A DNA stretch of 58,444 nucleotides from Candidatus Uhrbacteria bacterium (GCA_016929435.1 JAFGIV010000014.1:1-58444); one strand, 5' to 3'; positions 16,201 through 25,640 are shown, counted from the stretch's first letter. Notes: a model not told the origin generated them from the sequence alone. Numbers and translations: made by a program.

Positions 16201-17314
16201 GCTTTCGGACGGGGGAGGTTCTACCGTCACCTCGCCGCCCGGACGGTATCTTCAGTACCGGGTGACCTTCACCAGCGGAGATCCGGCGGCCACGGCCGTC
16301 CTGCAGGAGATCGGGATGGTTTGGGGGGCGGTTACCGGGCAGGAACTTCAGGACACCGACGGTTCTGCGGTCAGCGACGTTTGGGCCGTCGGCAGGTCCG
16401 GAACGATCGTCCATTATGACGGCCTGTCATGGTCGCCTGCGGTATCCCCGACCGTCCGGAGCCTGTTTGGGGTGGCGGTTTTGGGCGCCAATGACGCGTG
16501 GGCCGTCGGCGACTCCGGAACGATCCTGCGGTACGACGGCTCGGACTGGTCACAGGCCGCTTCCCCGACCCCGAACGGGCTGCGCGGGGTTGACCTGTCG
16601 GGTACTGATTTCGGTTTTGCCGTCGGCGACTCCGGAACGATCCTGCGGTACGACGGCTCGGACTGGTCGGCCGTCGCGTCGCCCGTATCGGCCAGGCTCA
16701 ATTCCGTTTTTTTGGAATCGTCCGATTTCGGCTGGGCCGTGGGCGACTCAGGCACGATCCTCCATTGGGACGGTGTTTCGTGGTCGTCCGTGCCGTCACC
16801 GACGGTCGTCAGGCTGAATGCCGTAGAGAGCCGTTCGGTGAACGAGGCCTGGGCCGTGGGCAATTCCGGGACGATAGCGTATTGGGACGGGTCCGAGTGG
16901 TCGTCGTTCTCCTCCCCGACGGCCAGGGATCTTTACGGCCTGACCGTCAGGGCCCCGACCGACGGTTGGGCCTGCGGCAACCGGGGTGTCCTTTTGCGCG
17001 ACCCGGAATCCTATCCGCCGACCGGCACCTTCATCTCCACCGTGCTGGACGCCGATTCCCTGGCCGAGTTTAAGACCGCCTTTTGGGAAGGGGAATACCC
17101 TCCGGGGACGGCCGTGACGGTCGCCGTCAGGAGCGGCGATGTGGCCGTGCCGGACGCCACCTGGACGGGATGGAGCCCTGAGATGTCCGGCGATTGGGGG
17201 GCACAGCCGGTTACGGACGGGCGGTATTGGCAATACCGCCTTACCCTGACCACCGGCGATCCGGCCCTGACCCCGTCGTTCCAGGCGATAGTCTTCACTT
17301 ACATGCTACGGTAA
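13253..17314 (+). CDS. Giant minor pilin (1353 aa) with three Trp-rich beta-propeller (YCF48/BNR-like) blocks
   Basis: GG|FSILE prepilin motif; about 20 repeats of ~40 aa (WAVG..GTI..WDG..W); three QYR-containing beta-sandwich segments. Confidence 0.85.
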   Translation: MPTFRRHRHTGGFSILEAIISVAVFGILASGVMMLVTGPMSVANKSADRQRALFLSEEGVEASRSIRDEGWAGLAVGSHGLSSVSGRWRFSGPEDSTPDGFTRVVTVSEVRRDTEGNIVVSGGNPDKRTRQVTSTVSWDDFGQVRSVSSVAYLTDWDTYDWRQSTDGDFLPGTRNGTRISGSGEPAAVELAPAEGKLWTSAEGNLITHTTDTDWSGGSFADTELVGSGTDASIAESGPMRWVEIRSGKSFFHTTDTDFLSGTFSGTVAEGTGDLGSLTVDRTEGWSVSVSPTGQDIRGIYMLSDTDGWAVGTSGTILRWDGTVWSVFADTGSQAWSGVSCVSPDDCWASGDSGRIARWNGTSWSQFVDLGNQAWSGLACTSSSDCWAVGNSGRIARWNGTSWSQFVDLGNQAWSGVSCVSSDDCWASGNSGRIARWNGTSWSQFTDTGSQTWKAVRMVSAADGWITATNGNIRRWNGSSWVSVASPTAQSLNGLFCLSANVCLAVGGSGIIIGWNGTAWSQVTDLGGQVWSGVACASSDRCWTVGDDGNMARYGPHFLPSGTYLSDVFDAGETVDWGYAFWSESLPDNTELTVAFRSGNVPVPGGSWSAWSSEYTDPVNTQIPSPSSRYFQYRVSMSTGDLDVAPRLEAIAVYYNQPQPVSYFDMKTIGDTDGWAVGQGGAIARFDGSEWSSYPSPTSSTLYDVDFASADDVWAVGANGTVIHWNGSSWGAVSSPTSWALYGIDILPDGTGWAVGRKGTVIELRGNGNWYSAVSPTARDLNAVSLVSGTDGWAVGNQGSVIRWNGTAWSTVSVSYSQRLNGVHAVSGSFAVTVGQGGTVFVWDGSSWVGSDSTVSNELLDVWCRSTDDCWAVGIQQTFVQWDGTGWSQYYFSNPSNPVVQGVFLPLAGDGWATGEGGALYRYTAYRQPVAYYTGPAVDSGEDGAVWNTVSWESLQPLLTGLSVSVRTGPTPSPDGSWSAWSGELSDGGGSTVTSPPGRYLQYRVTFTSGDPAATAVLQEIGMVWGAVTGQELQDTDGSAVSDVWAVGRSGTIVHYDGLSWSPAVSPTVRSLFGVAVLGANDAWAVGDSGTILRYDGSDWSQAASPTPNGLRGVDLSGTDFGFAVGDSGTILRYDGSDWSAVASPVSARLNSVFLESSDFGWAVGDSGTILHWDGVSWSSVPSPTVVRLNAVESRSVNEAWAVGNSGTIAYWDGSEWSSFSSPTARDLYGLTVRAPTDGWACGNRGVLLRDPESYPPTGTFISTVLDADSLAEFKTAFWEGEYPPGTAVTVAVRSGDVAVPDATWTGWSPEMSGDWGAQPVTDGRYWQYRLTLTTGDPALTPSFQAIVFTYMLR
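14249..14599 (+). repeat. Three tandem 117-nt (39-aa) near-identical blades within the giant pilin
   Basis: QAWSG...GRIARWNGTSWSQF repeated three times, with long identical DNA stretches. Confidence 0.85.
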
Positions 17315-17862
17315 TGTCCCGTTACCAGACGGCAACCCGGAAACCTTTTGACCGGCGGGGATCCTCCCTCCTGGAGTTTATCCTTTATTTTGCGGTGATC
17401 GGGATGATCCTGACGGCCGTAATCGGTTTTTCCGCCGAGTTCGTCGGTATCCATAACCGGACGGCGATCCGGAGGGAAATCAGTCGGGACGGCCGCTATG
17501 CCGTGGCCCGCATCGCCGCGGAGATCCGTTCGGCTGTTGGGGTGAATTCGGGGGATTCGGTATTCGGTTCCGGAAACGGACGGCTGTCCCTGGCGGCATC
17601 GAACCCGTCCGAAGACCCGACGGTGTTTGCGGTCGACGGCGGCCGGTTGGCCGTCAGTCGGGGGGGCGGGGGGCTGGAGCCGATCACCTCCCTTTCGTCG
17701 GCGGTCGGCGGTTTCACGGTTTACGACGTCTCCGTCCCCGGACGGTCCAGGGCCTTCCGGATCGTTTTGGCGCTGGAGTCCGTCGATTCGTCCCAGGGTA
17801 ACGTTACGGTAACTTTCGAGACCACGGCCCAGGTCAGGAAGGGCCAGGGTTTCCCCGACTGA
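17314..17862 (+). CDS. Minor pilin (PilW/GspJ-like)
   Basis: RG|SSLLE motif; ATG overlaps the TAA of the upstream gene. Confidence 0.75.
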   Translation: MSRYQTATRKPFDRRGSSLLEFILYFAVIGMILTAVIGFSAEFVGIHNRTAIRREISRDGRYAVARIAAEIRSAVGVNSGDSVFGSGNGRLSLAASNPSEDPTVFAVDGGRLAVSRGGGGLEPITSLSSAVGGFTVYDVSVPGRSRAFRIVLALESVDSSQGNVTVTFETTAQVRKGQGFPD

Positions 17863-17863
17863 T

Positions 17864-18295
17864 ATGGTTAATCGCATCCGTTCGGGCCGTGGCGGCCTTC
17901 AGAAAAGCGGCGTGATAGGCCTTTTGACGGTGATCATCCTGGGGGTGACCGTTTTGACGGTCGGTTTGGCCGCCTCATGGTCATCCCAAACCGAGCTGCT
18001 TCTGGTTGGCGACAGCGATCGGGGGCAATACGCCCGGCAGCTGGCCTCCTCCTGTCTCGATGAGGCCCTGTATCGCCTTAAGCTCGATTTGAACCATGCC
18101 GGCGGGACGGTCCCGGTACTTTCGTCGGAATGCGCCGTTTCCGTAAGCGGTTCGGGAACCGAACGGACCCTGACCGCCACGGCCACGGACGGGGACTGCT
18201 CGCGAACCCTGGAGGTGACGGCCGAGCTTCGGGCGAACGGCAGCGGCAACGCCCGTTCCTGGTATGTCCGTTCGTGGCGGGAGGTCGATCCGTAG
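17864..18295 (+). CDS. PilX-like minor pilin
   Basis: SG|VIGLLTVIIL hydrophobic N-terminus without E5; A...A.SCLDEAL..L pattern. Confidence 0.7.
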   Translation: MVNRIRSGRGGLQKSGVIGLLTVIILGVTVLTVGLAASWSSQTELLLVGDSDRGQYARQLASSCLDEALYRLKLDLNHAGGTVPVLSSECAVSVSGSGTERTLTATATDGDCSRTLEVTAELRANGSGNARSWYVRSWREVDP

Positions 18296-18350
18296 GGAAG
18301 TCGGTGGGTTTGTGGTATGATGAAAATGATTTTGGATGCTTATTTTTGGT

Positions 18351-21002
18351 ATGTCTAAACCCATCCGTTTCGGATTGGACATTTCTGACCATTCGGTGGA
18401 GGTTCTTTCACTGTCCGAAAGGAAGGGGCGGGCCGTAATTGAGTGGGCCGGCCGGACGGACATGCCGTCCGGAATCGTAAGCCGGGGGGTCATCCTGGAC
18501 CAGGACGGCCTGGCGCAGGTCCTGAACCGGCTGCTCATCGGGGTGTTCGGCAGGGTTCGGGGCCGCCTTCAGGCCGGCCTGTCCGTTCCGGAAACCCAGG
18601 TTTTCAGCCGGGTGTTTCCCATGCCGATCGCCCTGGAGAGGGAGATGGCCGCCAAGGCGGCGATGATCGGGGCAGCCGACGTATTTCCGGTTCACCCCAA
18701 CGATTCCCTTACGGCCATGGTGGAGTTGCCGGTCGTTCCCGGATCGGGGAACAGGGATTTTTTCCTGGCGGCCGTTGATCGCCGGTTGGTGGAGTCCTAT
18801 CTTGTTGTCCTGGGTCGGGCCGGGGTGGAGGTGACTTTCGTGGAACCGGAATCCGCGGCGCTTTCCCGGTCTCTGGTCACCGAACGGGACGAAACGGTCA
18901 TGGTGGTGGACATCGGCGCGGCCGTCACCAACATGTTCGTCAACGACCGGGGGGGGATACGGCTTGTATCTTCCGTCGGCGTCGGCGGCGATTCCCTGAA
19001 TGCCGCCCTGGAGACTAAGTTGGGGCTTTCCCCGGCCGCGGCGGAAAGGGCGAAGCGCCAGAGCGGTTTCCTGCCGACCGGGGAGGAAAGTCGGGCCTTC
19101 CTGGTCCTCCAGCAGCCCATGGCAACGGTAATCGGGGAGATGGCGGAGACGGTCGATTACCACCTGCGCAAGTCGGGGAGGCCGGTAAGGAAAATCGTCC
19201 TGATCGGGGGAAACAGCCTGCTGCCAGGGATCGTGGATTACGTCTCCTCCAATTTTCCGGACGTTCCCGTTGCGGTCGGACACCCTTTCGGCGGCATTGA
19301 CCTGACCGTCAGGCAACGGTCGATAGGGCAACAGGAAGTGCTCTTTTCCGCTGCGGCCGGAACCGCCTGGAGGGCAGCCGGGCTTCGGCACGGATGGGAA
19401 ATTAATTTTTTGCTAACCAATAAACGCCAGACTTCCGGGCTCAGGAACCTTTTGGGGCTTGGGCGAAAGACCGGACTGGCCTTAAGCCATATGGTACGAA
19501 AGTTAACCGGAAAGACCGGAAAGGCCGAAGGCAAGGCCGCCGGTTCGGATAGGGCGGTCAAGCCCAGGAAGGCCGCAGTCAGGAAGGTACGGAAGGAGGC
19601 CGTTCCGGAACCGGCAGTCTCCGGTGCGGATGGCGTATCGGAAATTGAAACGGTCGTTCCCCCGGCTGTCGAACCGCCCAAGGAAGTCGATCGGGCGGAA
19701 ACCGCCTACGGTCCGGGGGAGGTGACTTCCGCGGAAGGAAAGGCCGATCCCAATCCGGAATCCGGACAGGGGATCGGCGATGTCCTGACGGGCATGGAAG
19801 AGACGGATCCGAAAGTCGAACCGGAAGGGGAGCCGGACCTGTTTGTCCTTCCGCCGGACGGGGCCGTCGGCGGGGAAGGGGAAAGGATGTCGGTGGATTC
19901 CATCCTGTCCAGGGCCAAGGAGAACGAGATGAACGGGGAAGGGCTGTCGGTTTACGGCGAGGAGCCGGACCGGTCCGGTCGGGGAAAGACCGTGGCCCTG
20001 GTCGTCCTGGTGGTCGTCCTGGCGGTCGCCACGGCCGGCGGGATATTCATGATGATGAGAAAGAGCGGGATGGTCGCCCCGTTTTCCTTCCTGTCCTCCG
20101 GACAGGAGGGGGCAGGCGAGGACCCGGAGGTTGCGGAGGAAGCCGCACCTCCCGTTCCGCAGTCCGTTTCCCTGACCGTCCTTCTTGGGGTTGAGCGGCA
20201 GCCGGAAGGCCCGAAACCGTTTGTCCTGACCCGGACCGTTGAGGCGGAAAGGGAGGGTTCCGGTTCCTTCGTTTCCACGGGCCAGGTCGCCGTGACGACC
20301 GGCCGGTCCGAGGGGACGATCACCATCGTCAATACGGACGACAGGCCGTACGATTTCGTGGCCACGACGCGGTTCGTCACCGAGGACGGGATCCTCTTCC
20401 GGCTCAAGTTCGGGGCCGCCATTCCGGCGAACGGTGAGGTCGATGCCGCCGTGGTCGCCGACCAGGCGGGCGCCGAATACGACATAGGACCTTCCCGGTT
20501 CACGGTTCCCGGTCTTTCGGCCGAACTCCAGTCCCTGATTTGGGGGGAGAGCAGGGCGGCCATGACCGGAGGGTCCGGTATGGCCAAGGTCGTCACTGAA
20601 GCCGACCTGGCCAAGGCCAAGGCCGACATTTTTGAGGACCTGGAAAGGGAGGCGCTGGCCGATTTGGGGGAGATTGCCGGTGAGGATGGGGTCATCCTGT
20701 CGGATCTCATGACCTCCGAGGAGGTTTCCTTCACGGCCCCGAAGGTCGGGGATTTGGCCGGCGGATTTACGGCCACCCTAAAGGCAAGATTCCGGGCCCT
20801 GGTGGTGCCGCAGGGAGAGTTGGACGGTCCGCTGATCGACCGCCTGGTCTCCGTCCTTCCGGTCGGGGAGAACCAGGCCGACTATGACATCGGCCTTCCC
20901 AGGTATACGGTTGAGGCCTACGACACCATGGCCGGTTTGGCCGAGGTTCGGGTGGAGGCGGACATCTCCAGGGCCACGGTCGCTCCCCCTATCGGAAACT
21001 AG
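18351..21002 (+). CDS. pilM: PilM (actin-like) fused via an acidic linker and one TM helix to a baseplate-J-like extracytoplasmic domain
   Basis: FGLDISDHSV, VVDIGAAVT and LIGGNSLLPG actin-fold motifs; TM VALVVLVVVLAVATAGGIFM; C-terminal GTITIVN...TRF...A.Q.G.EYDIGP.RFTVPGL pattern. Confidence 0.8.
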   Translation: MSKPIRFGLDISDHSVEVLSLSERKGRAVIEWAGRTDMPSGIVSRGVILDQDGLAQVLNRLLIGVFGRVRGRLQAGLSVPETQVFSRVFPMPIALEREMAAKAAMIGAADVFPVHPNDSLTAMVELPVVPGSGNRDFFLAAVDRRLVESYLVVLGRAGVEVTFVEPESAALSRSLVTERDETVMVVDIGAAVTNMFVNDRGGIRLVSSVGVGGDSLNAALETKLGLSPAAAERAKRQSGFLPTGEESRAFLVLQQPMATVIGEMAETVDYHLRKSGRPVRKIVLIGGNSLLPGIVDYVSSNFPDVPVAVGHPFGGIDLTVRQRSIGQQEVLFSAAAGTAWRAAGLRHGWEINFLLTNKRQTSGLRNLLGLGRKTGLALSHMVRKLTGKTGKAEGKAAGSDRAVKPRKAAVRKVRKEAVPEPAVSGADGVSEIETVVPPAVEPPKEVDRAETAYGPGEVTSAEGKADPNPESGQGIGDVLTGMEETDPKVEPEGEPDLFVLPPDGAVGGEGERMSVDSILSRAKENEMNGEGLSVYGEEPDRSGRGKTVALVVLVVVLAVATAGGIFMMMRKSGMVAPFSFLSSGQEGAGEDPEVAEEAAPPVPQSVSLTVLLGVERQPEGPKPFVLTRTVEAEREGSGSFVSTGQVAVTTGRSEGTITIVNTDDRPYDFVATTRFVTEDGILFRLKFGAAIPANGEVDAAVVADQAGAEYDIGPSRFTVPGLSAELQSLIWGESRAAMTGGSGMAKVVTEADLAKAKADIFEDLEREALADLGEIAGEDGVILSDLMTSEEVSFTAPKVGDLAGGFTATLKARFRALVVPQGELDGPLIDRLVSVLPVGENQADYDIGLPRYTVEAYDTMAGLAEVRVEADISRATVAPPIGN

Positions 21003-21088
21003 CGGTGTGTGGTATATTGGTTTGGTGTCTAACTAACAAATCGCCAGAGAACCTGGCCTGCCGTAAGGCTATAAACGAGTCAAACATT

Positions 21089-21640
21089 ATGAAGATTCTC
21101 CGTTCCGGCAATGACCGCGGCTTCACCCTGATCGAGCTGCTGATCGTCATCGCCATCATCGGTTTCCTGGCCGCCGCCATCTTGGTTGCCGTGGATCCGG
21201 TCAAGCGCGTCCAGCAGTCCCGTGACGCCAAGCGCTGGTCAGAGGTCAACGCCATCCTCAACGCCATCCTCACCAAGCAGGTGGACGACCGCCAGGCTTT
21301 CGCCGGTTCGACCACCGTTCCTGTCCTGAATAACGAATATCAGATCATCACTTCCGTTGATACCGGATTCGACTGTGCCATTTTGGAGAACGAGTGTCCG
21401 CCGGCCGGCGTTCTTTCAACGACCGGCAATGAATGCGTTGCGAATTTAGGCGGTCTGGTTGACGAGTGGATCGCCGCCATTCCGATTGACCCGGTCGGAA
21501 CAGGGAATGTTCCCGCGGGTGGGGCGGCATATTTGGGTCCGGAAAACACCGGATATTACATCCATAAGACCGGTAACGGCCGCATCGAAATTGGTTCCTG
21601 CTGGCCGGAACAGGAATCGGCCATCAGCGTCAAGCGATAG
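21089..21640 (+). CDS. Type IV pilin, probable major pilin paralog 1
   Basis: RG|FTLIELLIVIAIIG, own promoter and terminator, C-terminal Cys residues. Confidence 0.9.
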   Translation: MKILRSGNDRGFTLIELLIVIAIIGFLAAAILVAVDPVKRVQQSRDAKRWSEVNAILNAILTKQVDDRQAFAGSTTVPVLNNEYQIITSVDTGFDCAILENECPPAGVLSTTGNECVANLGGLVDEWIAAIPIDPVGTGNVPAGGAAYLGPENTGYYIHKTGNGRIEIGSCWPEQESAISVKR

Positions 21641-21656
21641 TCGGTGATTGTTCAGG

Positions 21657-21686
21657 AAACCGCCCGGGTAAATCCGGGCGGTTTTT
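21657..21686 (+). terminator. Terminator after pilin 1
   Basis: AAACCGCCCGG/CCGGGCGGTTTTT. Confidence 0.85.
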
Positions 21687-21702
21687 GGTATGATACCGGG
21701 GT

Positions 21703-23493
21703 ATGCAATGCGGAAATCGGCGGAAAGGCGGATTTACCCTGGTTGAGGCCCTTGTCAGCGTCGCCATTTTTGCCGTGGTCGCCATGTTCATCTACCAGTC
21801 CGTGATTTTGGCGACAAGGACATCCGGCATGGCCCGGGTTCAGATGGCGGTGGCGGCCATTGCCAACGAGCAGATAGAGATTGCCCGCAACCTTCCGTAT
21901 GGGGAAGTCGGTTTGGTTGACGGTTGGCCGGCCGGCCGTCTTCGGGCCAGCCAAAGCGTAACCCGGGACAGCCGGACCTTCACCGTCGAAACCACCGTCC
22001 GGAACATCGATGACCCGTTCGACGGCACCATCGGCGGCAGCCCCAACGATACCGCCCCGGCGGACCGCAAGCTGGTGGAGATCCGCATCTCCTGTCCGGA
22101 CTGTCCGGGCTACGAGACCGAGGTTTTCGATACCTGGATAGCGCCGGTTTCCATGGAATTCGATTCGGATAACGGGGCCCTTTCCGTTCGGGCCTTTGAC
22201 GCCAACGGCCTGCCGGTTCCCGGGGCCGCCGTCCGTGTCGAAAACCAGTCCGCCGTCCCCCCCTTCACCATCGACGACACCACCGGAAATGACGGCACCT
22301 ACATGCTGGTCGATGTCCCGCCCGGTTCCGGAACCTACGGCCTCACTGTCTCCAAGGACGGATACTCCACCGAACGGACCTACCCGGCCGGCGGTGTCGG
22401 AAATCCTAACCCGTCCAAGCCGCACGCCACCGTCTCGACCGGAGCCCTGACCCAAGTGAGCTTCAATATCGACCGGCTAGGTTCCCTGGAGATCGACAGC
22501 GCCGACCTGGCCTGCGCCGCCGTACCGGAAGTCGGTTTTACCCTGACCGGGGCCAAACTGATCGGCACTGACCCCGATGTTCCGAAATACCGGGCCGAAC
22601 ACGCCACTGACACCGGCGGCCGCCTGACGGTCGGCGATTTGGAGTGGGACTCCTATTCCCTGTCGGTCGGGGACGGCGACCGTGACCTGCTGGGAACCAT
22701 CCCCCCGATGCCGCTCGGGCTTACCCCCGGGGCTTCCCGGAACATGACGATGGTCGTCGGCGCCAAGAGCCCCCGTCGGCTTCTGGTCACTGTCCTGGAC
22801 GTCTCCACCAAGCAGCCCCTGACCGATGTTACCGTCCGCCTGACCCGTTCCGGTTACGATCAGACCATGGTGACCGGCCGCGGCTATCTCCTGCAGACCG
22901 ATTGGGTCGAAGGTCCCGGACAGGCTGATTTTCTCGATCCAAGGATGTATTTCGGTCAGGACGGACACGTCAACGACCAGACGGCCGGACAGGTCAGGCT
23001 TCGGAAGCCGGGAACGCGCTATGACCCGTCCGGTTACCTGACTTCCTCCACCTTCGACTTGGGGACATCGTCGGATTTCCACCAGATTTTCTGGTTGCCG
23101 CAAAACCAGCCTTCCCAGACGGGGACGGATTCCGTTCGCATGCAGGTTGCCGCCAATGACGATAACCTCACTTGGGATTTCGTCGGTCCGGACGGCACGG
23201 ACGGGACATACTATACCCTGACCGACCAGAACATCTGGTCCGGTCATGACGGCCGGCGTTACCTGCGCTACCGTCTTTTCCTCCAGACCGCCAATACCCG
23301 CTATACCCCGACCGTTTCCGATGTCCTCTTTTCCTTTACGGCCGGTTGCCTGCCGCCGGGACAGGTCTCTTTCGCCGGTCTCGGGCAGTATGGCTACACT
23401 TTGACCGTTTCCAAGGGCGGATATTCCACCCAGGTCAAAACCGTTTCGATCCAGTCTGACTGGCAGGGGACGGTCGTCGAATTGGGTCCCTGA
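21703..23493 (+). CDS. Minor pilin with carboxypeptidase-regulatory-like (transthyretin-like) domains
   Basis: GG|FTLVE; repeated V.V.D..G.P..GA.V...Y.LTVSK.GY segments. Confidence 0.85.
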   Translation: MQCGNRRKGGFTLVEALVSVAIFAVVAMFIYQSVILATRTSGMARVQMAVAAIANEQIEIARNLPYGEVGLVDGWPAGRLRASQSVTRDSRTFTVETTVRNIDDPFDGTIGGSPNDTAPADRKLVEIRISCPDCPGYETEVFDTWIAPVSMEFDSDNGALSVRAFDANGLPVPGAAVRVENQSAVPPFTIDDTTGNDGTYMLVDVPPGSGTYGLTVSKDGYSTERTYPAGGVGNPNPSKPHATVSTGALTQVSFNIDRLGSLEIDSADLACAAVPEVGFTLTGAKLIGTDPDVPKYRAEHATDTGGRLTVGDLEWDSYSLSVGDGDRDLLGTIPPMPLGLTPGASRNMTMVVGAKSPRRLLVTVLDVSTKQPLTDVTVRLTRSGYDQTMVTGRGYLLQTDWVEGPGQADFLDPRMYFGQDGHVNDQTAGQVRLRKPGTRYDPSGYLTSSTFDLGTSSDFHQIFWLPQNQPSQTGTDSVRMQVAANDDNLTWDFVGPDGTDGTYYTLTDQNIWSGHDGRRYLRYRLFLQTANTRYTPTVSDVLFSFTAGCLPPGQVSFAGLGQYGYTLTVSKGGYSTQVKTVSIQSDWQGTVVELGP

Positions 23494-23497
23494 ACGT

Positions 23498-24106
23498 ATG
23501 GCCAACGGCCGCCGCCACCTTTCTGGATTTACCGTCATTGAGGCGCTGGTTACCCTGGCCCTGGCCATGGCGATCGGTTTGGCGGCCTTGACGTTTCAGA
23601 AGGACATTTATGTCCTGAATGACGGCCTATCCTCCAGTCTGACCGCCCAAGGTCAGTTGCGTCAGGCCCTGCGGCTGATGACTACCCACCTGCGGATGGC
23701 TTCCCCGTCCTCTACGGGGGCCTATCCCATTGCCGAGGCCGACAGTTCCCGTGTCGCATTCTATTCCGACATCGACGGCGACGGGGTTTTCGAGCGGGTT
23801 CGGTATTTTCTGGACGGCACGACGCTCCGACAGGGGTTGACCGAACCTACCGGCGACCCGCTTGCCTATGATCCGGACAGCGAGACGGTCATCGACATCG
23901 TGGATGGCATCCAGGCCGGAACGGACGTTTTCGGTTACCACGACGGTTCCTATGACGGGCTGACCCCGGCCCTGGACGAACCTGTCGACATCTCCCGCAT
24001 TCGCCTGATCCGCCTGACCCTGGCTGTCCACCGTCCGTCCGCCCGCCAATCGGGTCCGATCACCATGTCTTCCGTGGTCATGCTCCGTAACCTGAAGGGG
24101 CTATGA
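23498..24106 (+). CDS. Minor pilin (PilW-like)
   Basis: SG|FTVIE prepilin motif. Confidence 0.8.
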   Translation: MANGRRHLSGFTVIEALVTLALAMAIGLAALTFQKDIYVLNDGLSSSLTAQGQLRQALRLMTTHLRMASPSSTGAYPIAEADSSRVAFYSDIDGDGVFERVRYFLDGTTLRQGLTEPTGDPLAYDPDSETVIDIVDGIQAGTDVFGYHDGSYDGLTPALDEPVDISRIRLIRLTLAVHRPSARQSGPITMSSVVMLRNLKGL

Positions 24107-25539
24107 CCGGACACCGCCGACAAGTCGGTCCGCCTGACCGAAACGGCCATATCCTGGTCCAGATAATGGTTTTGGGCGGTCTGGCGGCGGTTTTCGTGTC
24201 GTCCATGATGAGCTGGGCAGTGTTGAACTACAGGGCCGGCCGTTCGGCCGTGGAGCGCGAACGGGCCATTCAGCTTGCCGAAGCCGGGTTGGACTATTAC
24301 CGCTGGCATCTGGCCCATGCCCCAACCGACTTCCAGGACGGAACCGGACAGCCCGGTCCCTATCAGCACGACCTTACCGACAGGGACGGCAATGTCGTCG
24401 GTCATTTCGTCTTGGAGATAACGCCGCCGGACACCGGTTCCAGCGAGGTGACGGTCCGTTCGTCGGGGGATACCGGGGCGACCTTCAGCCCGGAGCGCCA
24501 CCTGACGGCCACCCTGACCAAGCCGTCCTTTGCCCGTTATGCCGTGGCCGCCGATGATTTCATGCGTTTCGGGGAGGGGACGGAGGTTCACGGTCCCATC
24601 CACTCCAACAAGGGTATCCGGTTCGACGGCCTGGCCTACAACGTCGTTTCCAGCTCGGTCGACTCCTATGACGATCCGGATCACTCCGGCGGCAACGAGT
24701 TCGGGGTCCATACCCACCTGTTCCCGACCGACCCGCTGCCGCCGTCGGCTCCGCCGTCCCGTTCGGACGTTTTCATGGTCGGACGGCAGTTTCCGGTCGC
24801 CTCCGTCGATTTTGACGGCATGACCGCCGATTTTGCCGTCATGAAATCCGATGCCGAGGATGGCGGGTTCTACCGCCCCAGTGCCGGTGCCCAAGGGTAC
24901 CATATCGTTTTCCGGACCGACGATACCTTTGACCTGTATAAGGCAACCAAGCTCCTCAATGCCCCGGACGGCTGCTGGAACTCCAATAACCAGGACGGTT
25001 GGGGAACCTGGAGCATCGAGAACGAGCACCTGATAGGCAATTTTCCGCTTCCCGACAACGGTTTGATTTTCCTGGAGGACGACGTGTTCGTTGACGGGCA
25101 GATTGACGGTGCCCGGGTAACGGTCGTGGCGGCCTTCCTGCCGGACAACCCGCCGTTTAGGAAAAACATCATCGTCAACAGGGACTTGCTCTATACCGCC
25201 CATGACGGCACCGACTCCATCGGCCTGATTGCCCAAGGCCATGTCATGACCGGTTTGGTCAGCTGGGACGATCTTCGGATCGATGCCGCCCTGATTGCCC
25301 AGAAGGGGAAGGTCGGTCGTTTCTACTACCCTGAAGGCTGTTCCCCATACCACCAGCGCCACTCCATCACCCTTTGGGGAATGATTGCCACGGCCGTCCG
25401 ATACGGTTTTGCCTACACCGACGGCACCGGCTATGCCTTCCGTTACATCAACTACGACGGCAGCCTGTTCCTCAACCCTCCGCCCAGCTTTCCCCTTACG
25501 GCCGATCAGTACGTGGTTACCTCCTGGGCGGAAAGGTGA
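24103..25539 (+). CDS. PilX-like minor pilin with a large C-terminal domain
   Basis: NG|HILVQIMVLG; A.QLAEAGLDYY.W motif. Confidence 0.75.
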   Translation: MTGHRRQVGPPDRNGHILVQIMVLGGLAAVFVSSMMSWAVLNYRAGRSAVERERAIQLAEAGLDYYRWHLAHAPTDFQDGTGQPGPYQHDLTDRDGNVVGHFVLEITPPDTGSSEVTVRSSGDTGATFSPERHLTATLTKPSFARYAVAADDFMRFGEGTEVHGPIHSNKGIRFDGLAYNVVSSSVDSYDDPDHSGGNEFGVHTHLFPTDPLPPSAPPSRSDVFMVGRQFPVASVDFDGMTADFAVMKSDAEDGGFYRPSAGAQGYHIVFRTDDTFDLYKATKLLNAPDGCWNSNNQDGWGTWSIENEHLIGNFPLPDNGLIFLEDDVFVDGQIDGARVTVVAAFLPDNPPFRKNIIVNRDLLYTAHDGTDSIGLIAQGHVMTGLVSWDDLRIDAALIAQKGKVGRFYYPEGCSPYHQRHSITLWGMIATAVRYGFAYTDGTGYAFRYINYDGSLFLNPPPSFPLTADQYVVTSWAER

Positions 25540-25605
25540 CGGCAAGATCGTTGTTGCCCATCCCGGTTGTTTTTATTGATTCCCCGGACGGATGCGCCGG
25601 TCCGG

Positions 25606-25640
25606 CCCCCTTTACGGCAGTCTCCCAAAGGGAGAGGGGG
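25606..25640 (+). repeat. Palindromic unit, family B copy 1
   Basis: CCCCCTTTACGGCAG-TCTCCC-AAA-GGGAGA-GGGGG; shares CCCTTACGGCAGTC-like core with 25870. Confidence 0.6.

Noticed and set aside
23950-25545. Long antisense ORFs (this 531-aa one; also 34564-36237, 53813-55003, 26713-27849 and others)
   Set aside because: Shadow frames of GC-rich genes with clear family motifs on the other strand; they show no motifs of their own.
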